Below are positions 41,572 through 50,414 of a DNA stretch of 54,931 nt, one piece after another (position 1 is the stretch's first letter; every line of letters begins with the position of its first letter). Source of the stretch: an uncultured Alphaproteobacteria bacterium. Lineage in GTDB: Bacteria > Pseudomonadota > Alphaproteobacteria > Reyranellales > Reyranellaceae. Location: positions 1 to 54,931 of the forward strand of contig CAWUOG010000001.1 in assembly GCA_963923875.1 (NCBI GenBank), written 5' to 3'. The notes under the pieces were generated by a model, which saw only the letters and a program-made list of their open reading frames with translations, was not told the origin of the DNA and ran no database searches. The position numbers and the translations under genes were made by a program.

Positions 41572-42033
41572 TCACTTCTTCGCGGCGTCGGGATTGCGCA
41601 CGACGGTGATGCCCTTGGCCTTGGCCACAGGCTTGCCAGACTGGTCCTTGAGCTCGGTCTCGCTGACCACGAACCAGAGCGCGCCACCCTTCTTGTCGTA
41701 GATGTCGACCACCTTCTGCTGGCAGGTGATCCTGTCGCCGACATGCACGGGCGCGAGATACTCGTAGTGCTGCTCGCCGTGCAGGATCAGGCCGATATCG
41801 ACGTTGAGCAGGCGCAGCAGCCCGCCCTTGTCGGGGTCGTCGTTGGTGACGGCGGTGAGATAGGTCGGCGGCGCAGGAATCGCGCGATAGCCGGCGGCCT
41901 TGGCCGCAGCCTCGTCGACGTAGATTGGATTCTCTTCGCCAATGGCCTTGCAGAACAGACGGATCTTGCCCGCCTCGACCGTGGTCGTGAAAGCGTTGAA
42001 CTTGTGACCGATGAGCCTCTTGTCGAGCTGCAT
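41572..42033 (-). CDS. MaoC dehydratase N-terminal (HadA-like) hot-dog protein
   Basis: VEAGKIRLFCKAIGEENPIY, APPTY and LHGEQHYEY motifs. Lacks the catalytic D..H. Confidence 0.88.
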   Translation of the reverse strand: MQLDKRLIGHKFNAFTTTVEAGKIRLFCKAIGEENPIYVDEAAAKAAGYRAIPAPPTYLTAVTNDDPDKGGLLRLLNVDIGLILHGEQHYEYLAPVHVGDRITCQQKVVDIYDKKGGALWFVVSETELKDQSGKPVAKAKGITVVRNPDAAKK

Positions 42034-42057
42034 GCCCCTCTCCTCCCTTCCCTGACG

Positions 42058-42096
42058 TGAAAAACCCTCCCTCCGGTCGCCCGGAGAGAGGGTCTT
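42058..42096 (-). terminator. Intrinsic terminator after the thiolase gene
   Basis: Minus strand ACCCTCTCTCCGG-gcga-CCGGAGGGAGGGT followed by a T-run. GNRA loop, about 12 nt after the stop. Confidence 0.7.
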
Positions 42097-42108
42097 CGGT
42101 TCGTCGAA

Positions 42109-43308
42109 TTACTCGTAGCGGCCGACGATGGCGACGCTCGACACGTTCTCGCGCGGCGCGCCGCCGAGATTGTGCGTCATGCCGATCTTCGGGTCCTTGA
42201 GCTGGCGTGCGCCGGCCCGGCCCTGGAACTGCAGGTACATCTCGTAGAGCATGCGCAGACCAGACGCGCCGATCGGATGGCCGAAGCACTTCAGGCCGCC
42301 GTCGATCTGGCAGGGGATGGTGCCGTCGGCATCGTAGAAGCCGTTGAGCACGTCCTTCCAGCCCTCGCCCGGCTTGGAAATGTGCAGGTCTTCCATGGTC
42401 ACCAGTTCGGTCACCGAGAAGCAGTCGTGCACCTCGAACATCGAGACTTCCTTGCGCGGGTCTTTGATGCCGGCCTCTTCATAGGCCTTCTTCGAGGCGA
42501 TGCGGGTGGTGTGGAAGTAGCTGCCGTCCCACGAATTGTGGCCCGACTCCGAGCCGTTCGAGACCGAGAGCTGCAGAGCCTTCACCGAGACGATGTTCTG
42601 CTTGCCCATCGCCTTGGCGATCTCCGGCGTGGTGACGATCGCCGCGGCCGCGCCGTCCGACACGCCGCAGCAGTCGAACAGGCCGAGCGGGCTCGAGATC
42701 ATCGGCGCGTTGAGGATGGTCTCCATCTCGACGGCCTTCTGCAGATGCGCCTTGGGATTCTTGGCGCCGTTCTGGTGGCTCTTCCACGAAACGTGGCCGA
42801 TCGCCTTCTTGAGGTCCTCGGCCGACACGCCGTGCGCGGCCATGTAGGCGGTGGCGAGCTGGGCGAAGTTGCCCGGCGCCGTGCCGTTGGCGCTCCACAG
42901 CGCCTGCAGCGGGCCGCCGCGGCCACCCGGCAGGCCGCCGTAGCCGGTGTCCTTGAGCTTTTCGACGCCGAGCGCGATGGCGATGTCGGCCGCGCCCGAG
43001 GCGACGGCATAGCAGGCGCCACGGAAGGCCTCGGTGCCCGAAGCGCACATGTTCTCGACATGCGTCACCGGGATGTTGGGCAGGCGCAGCGTCGTCGACA
43101 TCGGGATGCCCGACTTGCCGACGTGAACCTCGTCGATCGCCGTCGAGAACCAGGCGGCATTGAGCTGCTTGGGATCGATGCCGGCGTCGGCGATCGCCTC
43201 CTTGTAGGCCTCGAGCATCAGCTCTTCGGCGCCGCTGTCCCAGCGCTCGCCGAACTTGGAGCAGCCCATTCCCAGAATTGCGACCTTGTCCTTGATACCC
43301 CGTGCCAT
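42109..43308 (-). CDS. SCP2-type thiolase (acetyl-CoA acetyltransferase family)
   Basis: VENMCASG (active Cys), DCCGVSDGAAA, EVHDCF and GHPIGASG motifs. Confidence 0.92.
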   Translation of the reverse strand: MARGIKDKVAILGMGCSKFGERWDSGAEELMLEAYKEAIADAGIDPKQLNAAWFSTAIDEVHVGKSGIPMSTTLRLPNIPVTHVENMCASGTEAFRGACYAVASGAADIAIALGVEKLKDTGYGGLPGGRGGPLQALWSANGTAPGNFAQLATAYMAAHGVSAEDLKKAIGHVSWKSHQNGAKNPKAHLQKAVEMETILNAPMISSPLGLFDCCGVSDGAAAAIVTTPEIAKAMGKQNIVSVKALQLSVSNGSESGHNSWDGSYFHTTRIASKKAYEEAGIKDPRKEVSMFEVHDCFSVTELVTMEDLHISKPGEGWKDVLNGFYDADGTIPCQIDGGLKCFGHPIGASGLRMLYEMYLQFQGRAGARQLKDPKIGMTHNLGGAPRENVSSVAIVGRYE

Positions 43309-43362
43309 GCTGGTCTCCTTGGGTAGAGAGAGTGGAATTCTACGCCTTTTGACGGTGGATGA

Positions 43363-44805
43363 CTAAACCGGAGCGGCCTTCCAGAAGTACCTCTTGAAGC
43401 CGCCGCGCATGATGTCGTTGTCGCGGATGCGGAAGGTCATGCGCATCTTGCCGCCGACCTTGACCTGTTCCTTGTCGCTGTCGGTGAAGTCGGCCATGAA
43501 GCGACCGCCTTCGGGGAAGGTGATCATGCCGTAGTAGGCCGGCGGGTCCGGCGAGTAGGTCAGCGAGTCGGCGGTGAACGACATCACGTTTGCCTCCAGC
43601 CCGGCCATGCGATGCGGCTCCTGGCTGTCGATCGCGTGGCAGTTCGGATTGACGCAAACCTGGCTGCGCGGGAACTGCACCGTGCCGCACACCTTGCACT
43701 TGCCGCCGACCAGCCCGTAGATCATGTCGCGCTTGCGCCACAGCACCGAGAGCGCGGTCTTCTTGTCGAACTCCGCACGCATGCCCTTGTCGATCGGCAG
43801 CATCTCGTTGAAGGCGAGGAACTTCATGTAGTTCTTCTCTTCCTTCCGGCGCGCCAGCCAGCCCGACACGCCGCGGCGCTTCGGCAGCTTGGCGTTTTCG
43901 GCCGTGACCTCGAACACCAGCACGTCGACGCCCTGGCCGAATGCCACGACCATGATCTTGTCACCGGCCTTCGCCGTCTCCAGCGCGTCGACCAGCATGA
44001 CCAGCGCGTGTGCGCAGCCGGTGTCGCCGAGATTTGCACCCAGCAGGTCGCGCACCGCGCCGTCGGCAACGCCGCAGGCCTTGGCCATCTGCTTCGGCAC
44101 GGCCGGCATCGGGCTCGGCATGATGAAGTGCGTGATGTCGCTACCCTTGAGCTTGGCAGCCGCGAGGCCCGACTTGATGGCGGGCGGCACGATCTTCGAG
44201 TAGCCCTCGTCGCGGATCCAGCGCTCTTCCCAGCCGTAGTCGAAATCGGTCTCGTCGCCGCGGAAGTGGTCGACGAAATCCATCGACACCGAATGATGGC
44301 CGATCAGCTTGGCGATCACGTTCTCGGTGCCGCACAGCAGGGCCGCGGCGCCGTCGCCGTAATTCAGCTCGTTGGCCGACGCGACGCGCGCCAGCCGCTT
44401 GTCGGCGGCGGCGACCAGAGAGGGCGCGCCGTCCCGCGAGGCATTGAGCCCTGCCATCAGGGCCGACGTACCGGCTTTCAGCGAGCCGCTGACATCCGAA
44501 GCAGAAAGGTTCTGCTCGATCGACAGCGCCGTTCCGATCACGCCGGCGTTCTGACGATCCTTGAAGGGATGCGTGGTCGAGGCGAAGTAGATGTTGCGGA
44601 CGTCCTCGGGCTTGTGGCTCGTCAGGCAGTCGCGCGACGCCTCGACCGCCATGGTGATCGAATCCTCGTCCCAGTTCGCCATCGAGCGCTCGCCTTTGGC
44701 GAGGCCGCGCAGACCGGCGGCGAACCACTTGTTGGCGTCATAGACGGCCTGCCGGTTGAGACGCAGGCGCGGCACGTAAGCCCCATAGGCAACGATCCCC
44801 ACCAT
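43363..44805 (-). CDS. HMG-CoA synthase/KAS III-like domain fused to DUF35 (Zn ribbon plus OB fold)
   Basis: GIVAYGAYVPRLRL, DEDSITMAVEA, GDGAAA and LGDTGCA motifs. C-terminal CKVCGTVQFPRSQVCVNPNC and OB fold ending YFWKA. Confidence 0.85.
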   Translation of the reverse strand: MVGIVAYGAYVPRLRLNRQAVYDANKWFAAGLRGLAKGERSMANWDEDSITMAVEASRDCLTSHKPEDVRNIYFASTTHPFKDRQNAGVIGTALSIEQNLSASDVSGSLKAGTSALMAGLNASRDGAPSLVAAADKRLARVASANELNYGDGAAALLCGTENVIAKLIGHHSVSMDFVDHFRGDETDFDYGWEERWIRDEGYSKIVPPAIKSGLAAAKLKGSDITHFIMPSPMPAVPKQMAKACGVADGAVRDLLGANLGDTGCAHALVMLVDALETAKAGDKIMVVAFGQGVDVLVFEVTAENAKLPKRRGVSGWLARRKEEKNYMKFLAFNEMLPIDKGMRAEFDKKTALSVLWRKRDMIYGLVGGKCKVCGTVQFPRSQVCVNPNCHAIDSQEPHRMAGLEANVMSFTADSLTYSPDPPAYYGMITFPEGGRFMADFTDSDKEQVKVGGKMRMTFRIRDNDIMRGGFKRYFWKAAPV

Positions 44806-44892
44806 CTCGCTTTCCTCCGATTATGAACGCGCGTTTACCATTGTTGCCATCGCTCTTAGCGCGCCCGACCGGACGCCGCAATTGCGACGGAA

Positions 44893-45747
44893 TTACCGTC
44901 CGGTCTGCGGAACCCCGCCGGCCTGTGGCGATCCCTGAGGCGGCATCTCGCGCACCAGGTTGCGATAGCCCGCGCCTTCCGGAATGTGCAGGAAGCGCTT
45001 GCCGTCGCGCACCTCGACCCACGGCTGAACCGTGACGATGGTGCGCTTCCTGGCCTGCTCGATCGCTCCGGCGACCGTGCCGCCTTCGGCCAGCAGTTCG
45101 AGGTTCTTCTGCGTGGCGTGCACCAAGGTGCGGCGGCCGGCCTTGGCTTCGTCGATCGCCTGCTGCGCGCCGATCCACACCGAGTCGGTCGACTCCGACC
45201 CGTCATGCAGCGCGACCTGGTCCTGCGGCGCCTCGGCCAGGAAGAACCAGGTATCGAAACGCTTGGGCGCGAAGGTCGGCGTGATCCAGTGCGCATAGGG
45301 CGTCATGAGGTCGGTTGCCAGCTCGAGATCCTCGGCCTCGACCAGATCTACGATGCTCGCCTCGTCGTCGCTGAGCTTCTTGCGCCACTTCTCCTCGATC
45401 GGCTTGAGATCGGCGGCGCCGATCAGCGGCTTCTGACCGCGCTTGTGCGCGAGCAGCACGCCGCACTCCTCGAAGGCCTCGCGGATGCCAGCGACCCGGA
45501 ACTTGAGCTCGTCATCACTGAGCGAGGCTGCGCCGGTCGCCCGCGCCCGAAGGCGCTTGTCGCCATCGGCGTCCTCGAGCTTGCCGCCGGGAAACACCAG
45601 CGCGCCGGAGAAGGCGTCGATCTGGTGATGACGCACCACCATGAAGACTTCGAGATCGGAGGACGGATTACCCCGCTTGGACGGACGCAGCAGGAGGACG
45701 GTGGTCGCCGGACGCGCCGGCGGCGGCTCTTTCTTGGCTTCAGTCAT
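44893..45747 (-). CDS. NUDIX hydrolase (Nudt19-like acyl-CoA diphosphatase)
   Basis: RPATTVLLLR, VFPGGKLE...REAFEECG and AHWITP...KRFDTWFF motifs. Start ATG 45747. Confidence 0.88.
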   Translation of the reverse strand: MTEAKKEPPPARPATTVLLLRPSKRGNPSSDLEVFMVVRHHQIDAFSGALVFPGGKLEDADGDKRLRARATGAASLSDDELKFRVAGIREAFEECGVLLAHKRGQKPLIGAADLKPIEEKWRKKLSDDEASIVDLVEAEDLELATDLMTPYAHWITPTFAPKRFDTWFFLAEAPQDQVALHDGSESTDSVWIGAQQAIDEAKAGRRTLVHATQKNLELLAEGGTVAGAIEQARKRTIVTVQPWVEVRDGKRFLHIPEGAGYRNLVREMPPQGSPQAGGVPQTGR

Positions 45748-45832
45748 GCACGAATTCTTACACAGGAGACCGGGACAGTGCCACGCAACGGGCCTACAGT
45801 TGCACCTGTCCGTTCCGCAGTGAGGAGGCCCC

Positions 45833-46411
45833 ATGTCGAACACGGGTGGTACCGAGCCCCATACCCTGGCCGAAGGGCTTAAGGCGTTGCGCAAGAGTGC
45901 CGGCTGGATCATCGCACTCGGGATCATCGCCATGCTGGGTGGCGTGATCGCCTTGGGCAGCGTGGTATTCGCCACAGCCTCCGCCGTGGTGATCGTCGGA
46001 CTGATGATGCTGATGGCCGCCGCGACCGAACTCGTCGCGGCATTCAACGCCAAGGATTGGAGCCATCGCGTGCTGTGGCTTCTGCTCGGCCTGCTCTACG
46101 CTGCAGCCGGCCTGATCTGCCTGCAGAACCCGTTCGAGGCCGCGACCTTCCTGACCCTGCTGCTCGGCATCTCGCTGATCGTGGGCGGCCTGATTCGCGT
46201 CTTCCTCGCCACCCGCATGGGCGCAGGTACCCCTTGGGGATGGGTCGCCTTGTCGGGCGTCCTGAGCTTTCTGCTCGGCCTGATGATCGTCGCCAAGTGG
46301 CCCGCTTCTAGCTTCTACGTCCTCGGCATCCTGCTCGGCGTCGACCTGATCTTCGTCGGCAGCACCTGGCTCACCGTTGGACTGGCCCTGCGCAAGGGCA
46401 CCAAGACCTAG
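45833..46411 (+). CDS. HdeD/DUF308 family membrane protein
   Basis: Six hydrophobic segments; W.IALG, GW..LSG and WP.SS..VLGILLGVDLIF.G motifs. GGAGG RBS. Confidence 0.87.
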   Translation: MSNTGGTEPHTLAEGLKALRKSAGWIIALGIIAMLGGVIALGSVVFATASAVVIVGLMMLMAAATELVAAFNAKDWSHRVLWLLLGLLYAAAGLICLQNPFEAATFLTLLLGISLIVGGLIRVFLATRMGAGTPWGWVALSGVLSFLLGLMIVAKWPASSFYVLGILLGVDLIFVGSTWLTVGLALRKGTKT

Positions 46412-46445
46412 TCAACCCACCGCGGTGTGATAAGACGCGGCCCGC

Positions 46446-47168
46446 ATGAGCGGTCAGCGGTCCTACGTCTGTCTTCCCGGCGCCTGGATGGGCGCGTGGT
46501 CCTGGCAATTCGTCCTGGAACGCCTGCGGGCGGCGGGGCATGACGCCCGCGCCCTGCCCTTTAGGGGCGTCGGCGAGCGGGCCGCCGAATTGTCGCCCGC
46601 CTGCGACAACGATCTCTTTCTCGACGATACGCTCGACACACTGGCGAAGGACGATCTGCGCGACATCGTCCTGGTCGGGCACAGCTTCGGCAGTTTGATC
46701 GCGCAACTCGTTGTCGATCGCGTGCCCGATCGTATCGCCCACCTGGTCATCATCGACGGTGGCATCACCCAGAACGGCCAGTCGATCTTCGGGCGCATTC
46801 CGAAGGAAATCGTCGCCAAGCGGCAGAAACTCGTCCGTCAGGTCAACGGGACCGACGTGCTGCCCTTCGCCCCGGTCGGCAGCCTGATCATCGACGATCC
46901 CGACCTCGCGGCCTGGACGCACCGCCAGCTCACGCCGCACCCGCTCGCCTGTTACACCAAGCCGATCGTGCTGGAGAATCCCGCCGGCAACGGCCGTCCG
47001 ATGACCTATGTCGCCTGCACGAAGCCGCGGTATCCAGTGTCCGCCGGCATGCATGAGAAGGTCCGGGCCATGTCGCATGTCCGATACCGGCCGATCGAGG
47101 CCGGCCACAACTGCATCATTTCAGCCCCCGACCTCGTGGCGCGCGAGTTGCTGGAGGTCCCCCAATGA
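46446..47168 (+). CDS. Alpha/beta hydrolase (methylesterase/salicylate esterase-like)
   Basis: LPGAWMGAWSW, LVGHSFG nucleophile elbow, LTPHP and AGH motifs. Confidence 0.88.
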   Translation: MSGQRSYVCLPGAWMGAWSWQFVLERLRAAGHDARALPFRGVGERAAELSPACDNDLFLDDTLDTLAKDDLRDIVLVGHSFGSLIAQLVVDRVPDRIAHLVIIDGGITQNGQSIFGRIPKEIVAKRQKLVRQVNGTDVLPFAPVGSLIIDDPDLAAWTHRQLTPHPLACYTKPIVLENPAGNGRPMTYVACTKPRYPVSAGMHEKVRAMSHVRYRPIEAGHNCIISAPDLVARELLEVPQ

Positions 47169-47551
47169 CCGATGGGCCCAGCGAGCAACTCATGATCCTC
47201 GTGGCCGGGCCGTATCGCGGCGGCACCGGCGACGATCCGGTGAAGATCGAGGCCAATGTCGAGGCCATGGAGGGAATGTCGCTGAAGGTCTTCCGGCGCG
47301 GGCATCTGCCGGTGATGGGCGAGTGGTTCGCCCTGCCGCTCCTGAAGAAGGCCGGCTCGAAGAAGCTCGGCGACGCGATCTTCGACGAGATCTTCCATCC
47401 CATCGCCCGCGAACTGATCGGCAAGTGTGACGCCGTGTTGCGCATCGGTGGCGCCTCGTCCGGCGCCGACGACATGGTCGCCACCGGCCGCCGCCTCGGA
47501 AAGAAGATCTTCCTGTCGCTCGAGGAGATCCCCGAGCGGCCGCGTGGCTAG
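47165..47551 (+). CDS. DUF4406 / nucleoside 2-deoxyribosyltransferase-like protein
   Basis: ILVAGPYRGGT, GHLPVMGEWFALP and CDAVLRIGGASSGAD motifs. ATGA overlap with the upstream hydrolase. Confidence 0.75.
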   Translation: MTDGPSEQLMILVAGPYRGGTGDDPVKIEANVEAMEGMSLKVFRRGHLPVMGEWFALPLLKKAGSKKLGDAIFDEIFHPIARELIGKCDAVLRIGGASSGADDMVATGRRLGKKIFLSLEEIPERPRG

Positions 47552-48303
47552 AACGCCTCCTTGTAGGGCCTGAGGTCGATCTCATGGCTCCAGGCGCTGC
47601 GCGGCTGCCTGTGCAGATGCCAGTAGTTTTCGACGATCGCGTCGACCTTGAGCAGCCCGTCAGGTCCCGCCTTCTCGGCGCGGTCGGGCATCCGCGACAG
47701 CAACCGGTCGCCTTCGATGCCGCCGTCGATGATCACATGCGCGACATGGATGCCCTGCGGGCCGAACTCGCGCGCCATCGACTGCACCATCAGCCGCAGC
47801 CCGCCCTTGGTGGCGTTGAAGGCGGCGAAGCGCGGCCGGCCACGCATCGAACCCGAGGCACCGGTGAAGATCACCGTGCCGCGGCCGAGCGGCGCCAGGC
47901 GACGCATCGCCTCGCGGCCGAACAGGAATCCCGCGAAGCAGCCGACCCGCCAGCTGTCCTCGAAATGCTGCGCCGTCATCTCGCGGAAGTCGACGGCGGC
48001 GTTGTTGCCCATGTTGAACACGAGCAGGTCGGCCGGCGTGCCGTCGGCATCGTCGGCCATCGCCTTGTCGAACAGCCTGATGACCTCGTCTTCCTTCGTA
48101 CCGTCGACCGTGACGGGCGACGCCGAGCCGCCCGACCGCCCGATTGCCTCGACCACCTTGCCGATCTTGTCCGCGGTGCGGCCGGCCACGAGCACATGAT
48201 GACCGTTTTTCGCGAACAGCTTGCTGACGCCACCACCGATGCCGCGCTCGGCGCCGACGCCGAGCACCAGCGCCTTTGGCTTCTTATCCGCCTTCTGGAC
48301 CAT
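47548..48303 (-). CDS. SDR family oxidoreductase (atypical, F-x3-K)
   Basis: GVGAERGIG, FTGASGSMRG, FNATK, GIHVAHVIIDG and HEIDLRP motifs. Confidence 0.88.
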   Translation of the reverse strand: MVQKADKKPKALVLGVGAERGIGGGVSKLFAKNGHHVLVAGRTADKIGKVVEAIGRSGGSASPVTVDGTKEDEVIRLFDKAMADDADGTPADLLVFNMGNNAAVDFREMTAQHFEDSWRVGCFAGFLFGREAMRRLAPLGRGTVIFTGASGSMRGRPRFAAFNATKGGLRLMVQSMAREFGPQGIHVAHVIIDGGIEGDRLLSRMPDRAEKAGPDGLLKVDAIVENYWHLHRQPRSAWSHEIDLRPYKEAF

Positions 48304-48374
48304 GTGAATTCCCCGCGATGGGTTGTTTCGCGGAACTTGCGGTGACGCCCCGCGCTTCGCTACGGTCCGCCCGC

Positions 48375-48887
48375 ATGAAATTACCTCCCTACCCCATGAT
48401 CGAACTCGACGTCGGCGCGCCGCTCGATCGCCACCGCGCGACGGTGCAGAAGGAGTGGATCGACTGGAACGGCCACATGAACGTCGGCTACTACGTCGTC
48501 GCCTTCGACAAGGCGACCGACGTGATGTGCGAGCAGTTCGGCTGCAGCTGGGACTACACCCGCGAGAAGATCGGCATGACCTTCGTGCTGGAGGCGCACG
48601 TCACCTACGACCGCGAGGTCAAGGAGGGCGATCCGCTGCGCATCACCACGCAGATCCTGGACCATGACGCCAAGCGCATCCACTACATGCACATGATGTA
48701 TCACGGCAGCGAAGGCTATCTCGCCGCCACCAACGAACTGATGCTGATGAACATCGACTACGAGACGAGGCGTTCGGCGCCGTGGCCCGAGTGGGCAATG
48801 CCGCGCATCGAGAAAATGGCCGCCCTGCACGCCAGGCTGCCCCGCCCCGCACAGGCCGGACGAATCATCGGCATCAAGAGAAAGTAG
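48375..48887 (+). CDS. Acyl-CoA thioesterase (4HBT/FcbC hot-dog family), copy 1
   Basis: EWIDWNGHMNVGYY, FVLEAHVTYDREV and DAKRIH motifs. Confidence 0.88.
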   Translation: MKLPPYPMIELDVGAPLDRHRATVQKEWIDWNGHMNVGYYVVAFDKATDVMCEQFGCSWDYTREKIGMTFVLEAHVTYDREVKEGDPLRITTQILDHDAKRIHYMHMMYHGSEGYLAATNELMLMNIDYETRRSAPWPEWAMPRIEKMAALHARLPRPAQAGRIIGIKRK

Positions 48888-48892
48888 AGTAC

Positions 48893-49414
48893 ATGCTGGC
48901 CACGTTGCCTTACGAGCTGCCCGAGCTGGTGACGCGCGCGCCGCTCGATGTCCATGCGTCGACGGTGCTGCCCGAATGGGTCGACTGGAACGGCCACATG
49001 AACGTCGCGTTCTACGTGCTCGCCTTCGACCAGGCCTCCGGCGCCTTCATGCGCAACATGGGGCTCGGTCGCAACTACGTGAACAGCAAGTCGGGCATGA
49101 CCTTCGTGCTGGAAACCCACGTAACCTATGATCGTGAGGTGCGCGAGGGCGCGCCGTTGCGCTTCACGACGCAACTGCTCGACCGCGACGCCAAGCGGGT
49201 GCATCTCTTCCACGAGATGTACCACGCCGAGCAGGGCTACCTCGCCGCGACCAACGAGACGATCGTGATGAACATCGACTATGCGACGCGCCGATCCGGG
49301 CCGTGGCCGATGCAGGCGGCCGAGCGCCTGGAAGCCCTGTGGGCGACCCACAAGGATCTGCCGCGCCCGGCGAAGTCCGGGCGCCGGATGGGGCTGCCGA
49401 AGCGCGCGGCCTGA
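48893..49414 (+). CDS. Acyl-CoA thioesterase (4HBT/FcbC hot-dog family), copy 2
   Basis: EWVDWNGHMNVAFY, FVLETHVTYDREV and DAKRVH motifs. Confidence 0.88.
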   Translation: MLATLPYELPELVTRAPLDVHASTVLPEWVDWNGHMNVAFYVLAFDQASGAFMRNMGLGRNYVNSKSGMTFVLETHVTYDREVREGAPLRFTTQLLDRDAKRVHLFHEMYHAEQGYLAATNETIVMNIDYATRRSGPWPMQAAERLEALWATHKDLPRPAKSGRRMGLPKRAA

Positions 49415-49433
49415 CGGCGCAATCCAGTCGTCC

Positions 49434-49634
49434 TCACCGGGCAAACGGCATGGTCGCCGCGCCGCCGACGCCGCCGATGATCAGGCCGGGAACGGTGCCG
49501 ACCGGCGTCACGGAACCGATCACGGCGCCCGTGCCGGCGCCGATCGCGCCGCCCGAGAGCGCTCGTGAACCCGGATCGCTGCCGTAGGCGCCGAGGCCCA
49601 GGGCAAGCACGACCATCACCATGAATTTGGTCAT
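49434..49634 (-). CDS. Small glycine-zipper envelope protein (lipoprotein-like, lipobox Cys absent)
   Basis: AGGAGGAG RBS; MTKFMVMVVLALGLGAYGSDPGSRALSGGAIGAGTGAVIG...GLIIGGVGGAA. Confidence 0.65.
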   Translation of the reverse strand: MTKFMVMVVLALGLGAYGSDPGSRALSGGAIGAGTGAVIGSVTPVGTVPGLIIGGVGGAATMPFAR

Positions 49635-49734
49635 GTCAGCTCCTCCTGTGTGCGTGCACAGGATGTCGGGTTCGACCCTTGGGAACTGCCACCCTTCCGT
49701 CGTGATCAAAGTGTGACCCGCGAAGGGGCCCACT

Positions 49735-50229
49735 CTACCTTGCCGGACGCTCCAGCTTCGCCAAAGCCTGCCCGGAGACGCGATACGGCAGCCAATTGCG
49801 AATCCACTTGAAGCCGACCTTCTCGTAGAAGCCGCGCGCCGGATTCCAGTCCAGCACGTTGAGGTCGATGCGCTTGTAGCCCTTCTCGGCGCATTCCTGC
49901 GCGAGGCCCTGCATCAGCGCCCGGGCGACCCCGCCACGCCGCTCCTCGGGCACCACCCAGATATCCTCGATGAAAATGCCGCGCGCGGCGGTCCAGACCG
50001 AGTAGTTGAACGTGTAGAGCACGAAGCCGACGGGATGCCCGCCCCGCTCGGCAATCAGCGCGGCGAATTGCGGGTCCGCGCCGAAGCCGTCTCGCGCCAG
50101 AGTCTCCGGCGTCGACGTGACGGCATGCGGCTCGTCCTCGTAGGTCGCGAGATCGATCGAAAAGCGATGAAGCAGGTCGACGTCTTCGACCGTCGCCGAA
50201 CGCACGACGATGGGATTGTTGGATCTCAT
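49735..50229 (-). CDS. GNAT family N-acetyltransferase (SSAT-like)
   Basis: LATYE, FIEDIWVVPEERRGGVARAL and VLDWNPARGFYEKVG motifs. Confidence 0.9.
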   Translation of the reverse strand: MRSNNPIVVRSATVEDVDLLHRFSIDLATYEDEPHAVTSTPETLARDGFGADPQFAALIAERGGHPVGFVLYTFNYSVWTAARGIFIEDIWVVPEERRGGVARALMQGLAQECAEKGYKRIDLNVLDWNPARGFYEKVGFKWIRNWLPYRVSGQALAKLERPAR

Positions 50230-50414
50230 GCCTTGGCCGCCTCCTGCAGCGCCTCGCGAATTACGGCTTCGTCGCCGACGTGATTGACCAGCAGCAGGAT
50301 CAGCTTCGCGTCGTACGCACGCACCTGCTCGTCCGTCATGTCCTTATGAGCGTCGACGATCGCGTTGTAGATGTCGTCGGGCCGCGCGAGATTGAGTTCT
50401 CTCTTGAGCATCAC
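50226..50414 (-). CDS. DUF2783 small protein
   Basis: PDDIYNAIVDAHKDMTDEQ...AKLILLLVNHVGD..VIREAL. Overlaps the monooxygenase stop; start could be ATG 50411. Confidence 0.85.
   Translation of the reverse strand: MMLKRELNLARPDDIYNAIVDAHKDMTDEQVRAYDAKLILLLVNHVGDEAVIREALQEAAKA

Noticed and set aside
46446-47168. PETase/MHETase partner for the tph-like operon
   Set aside because: It has no signal peptide, no cutinase or tannase features, and lies over 20 kb away. It looks like a small intracellular esterase.
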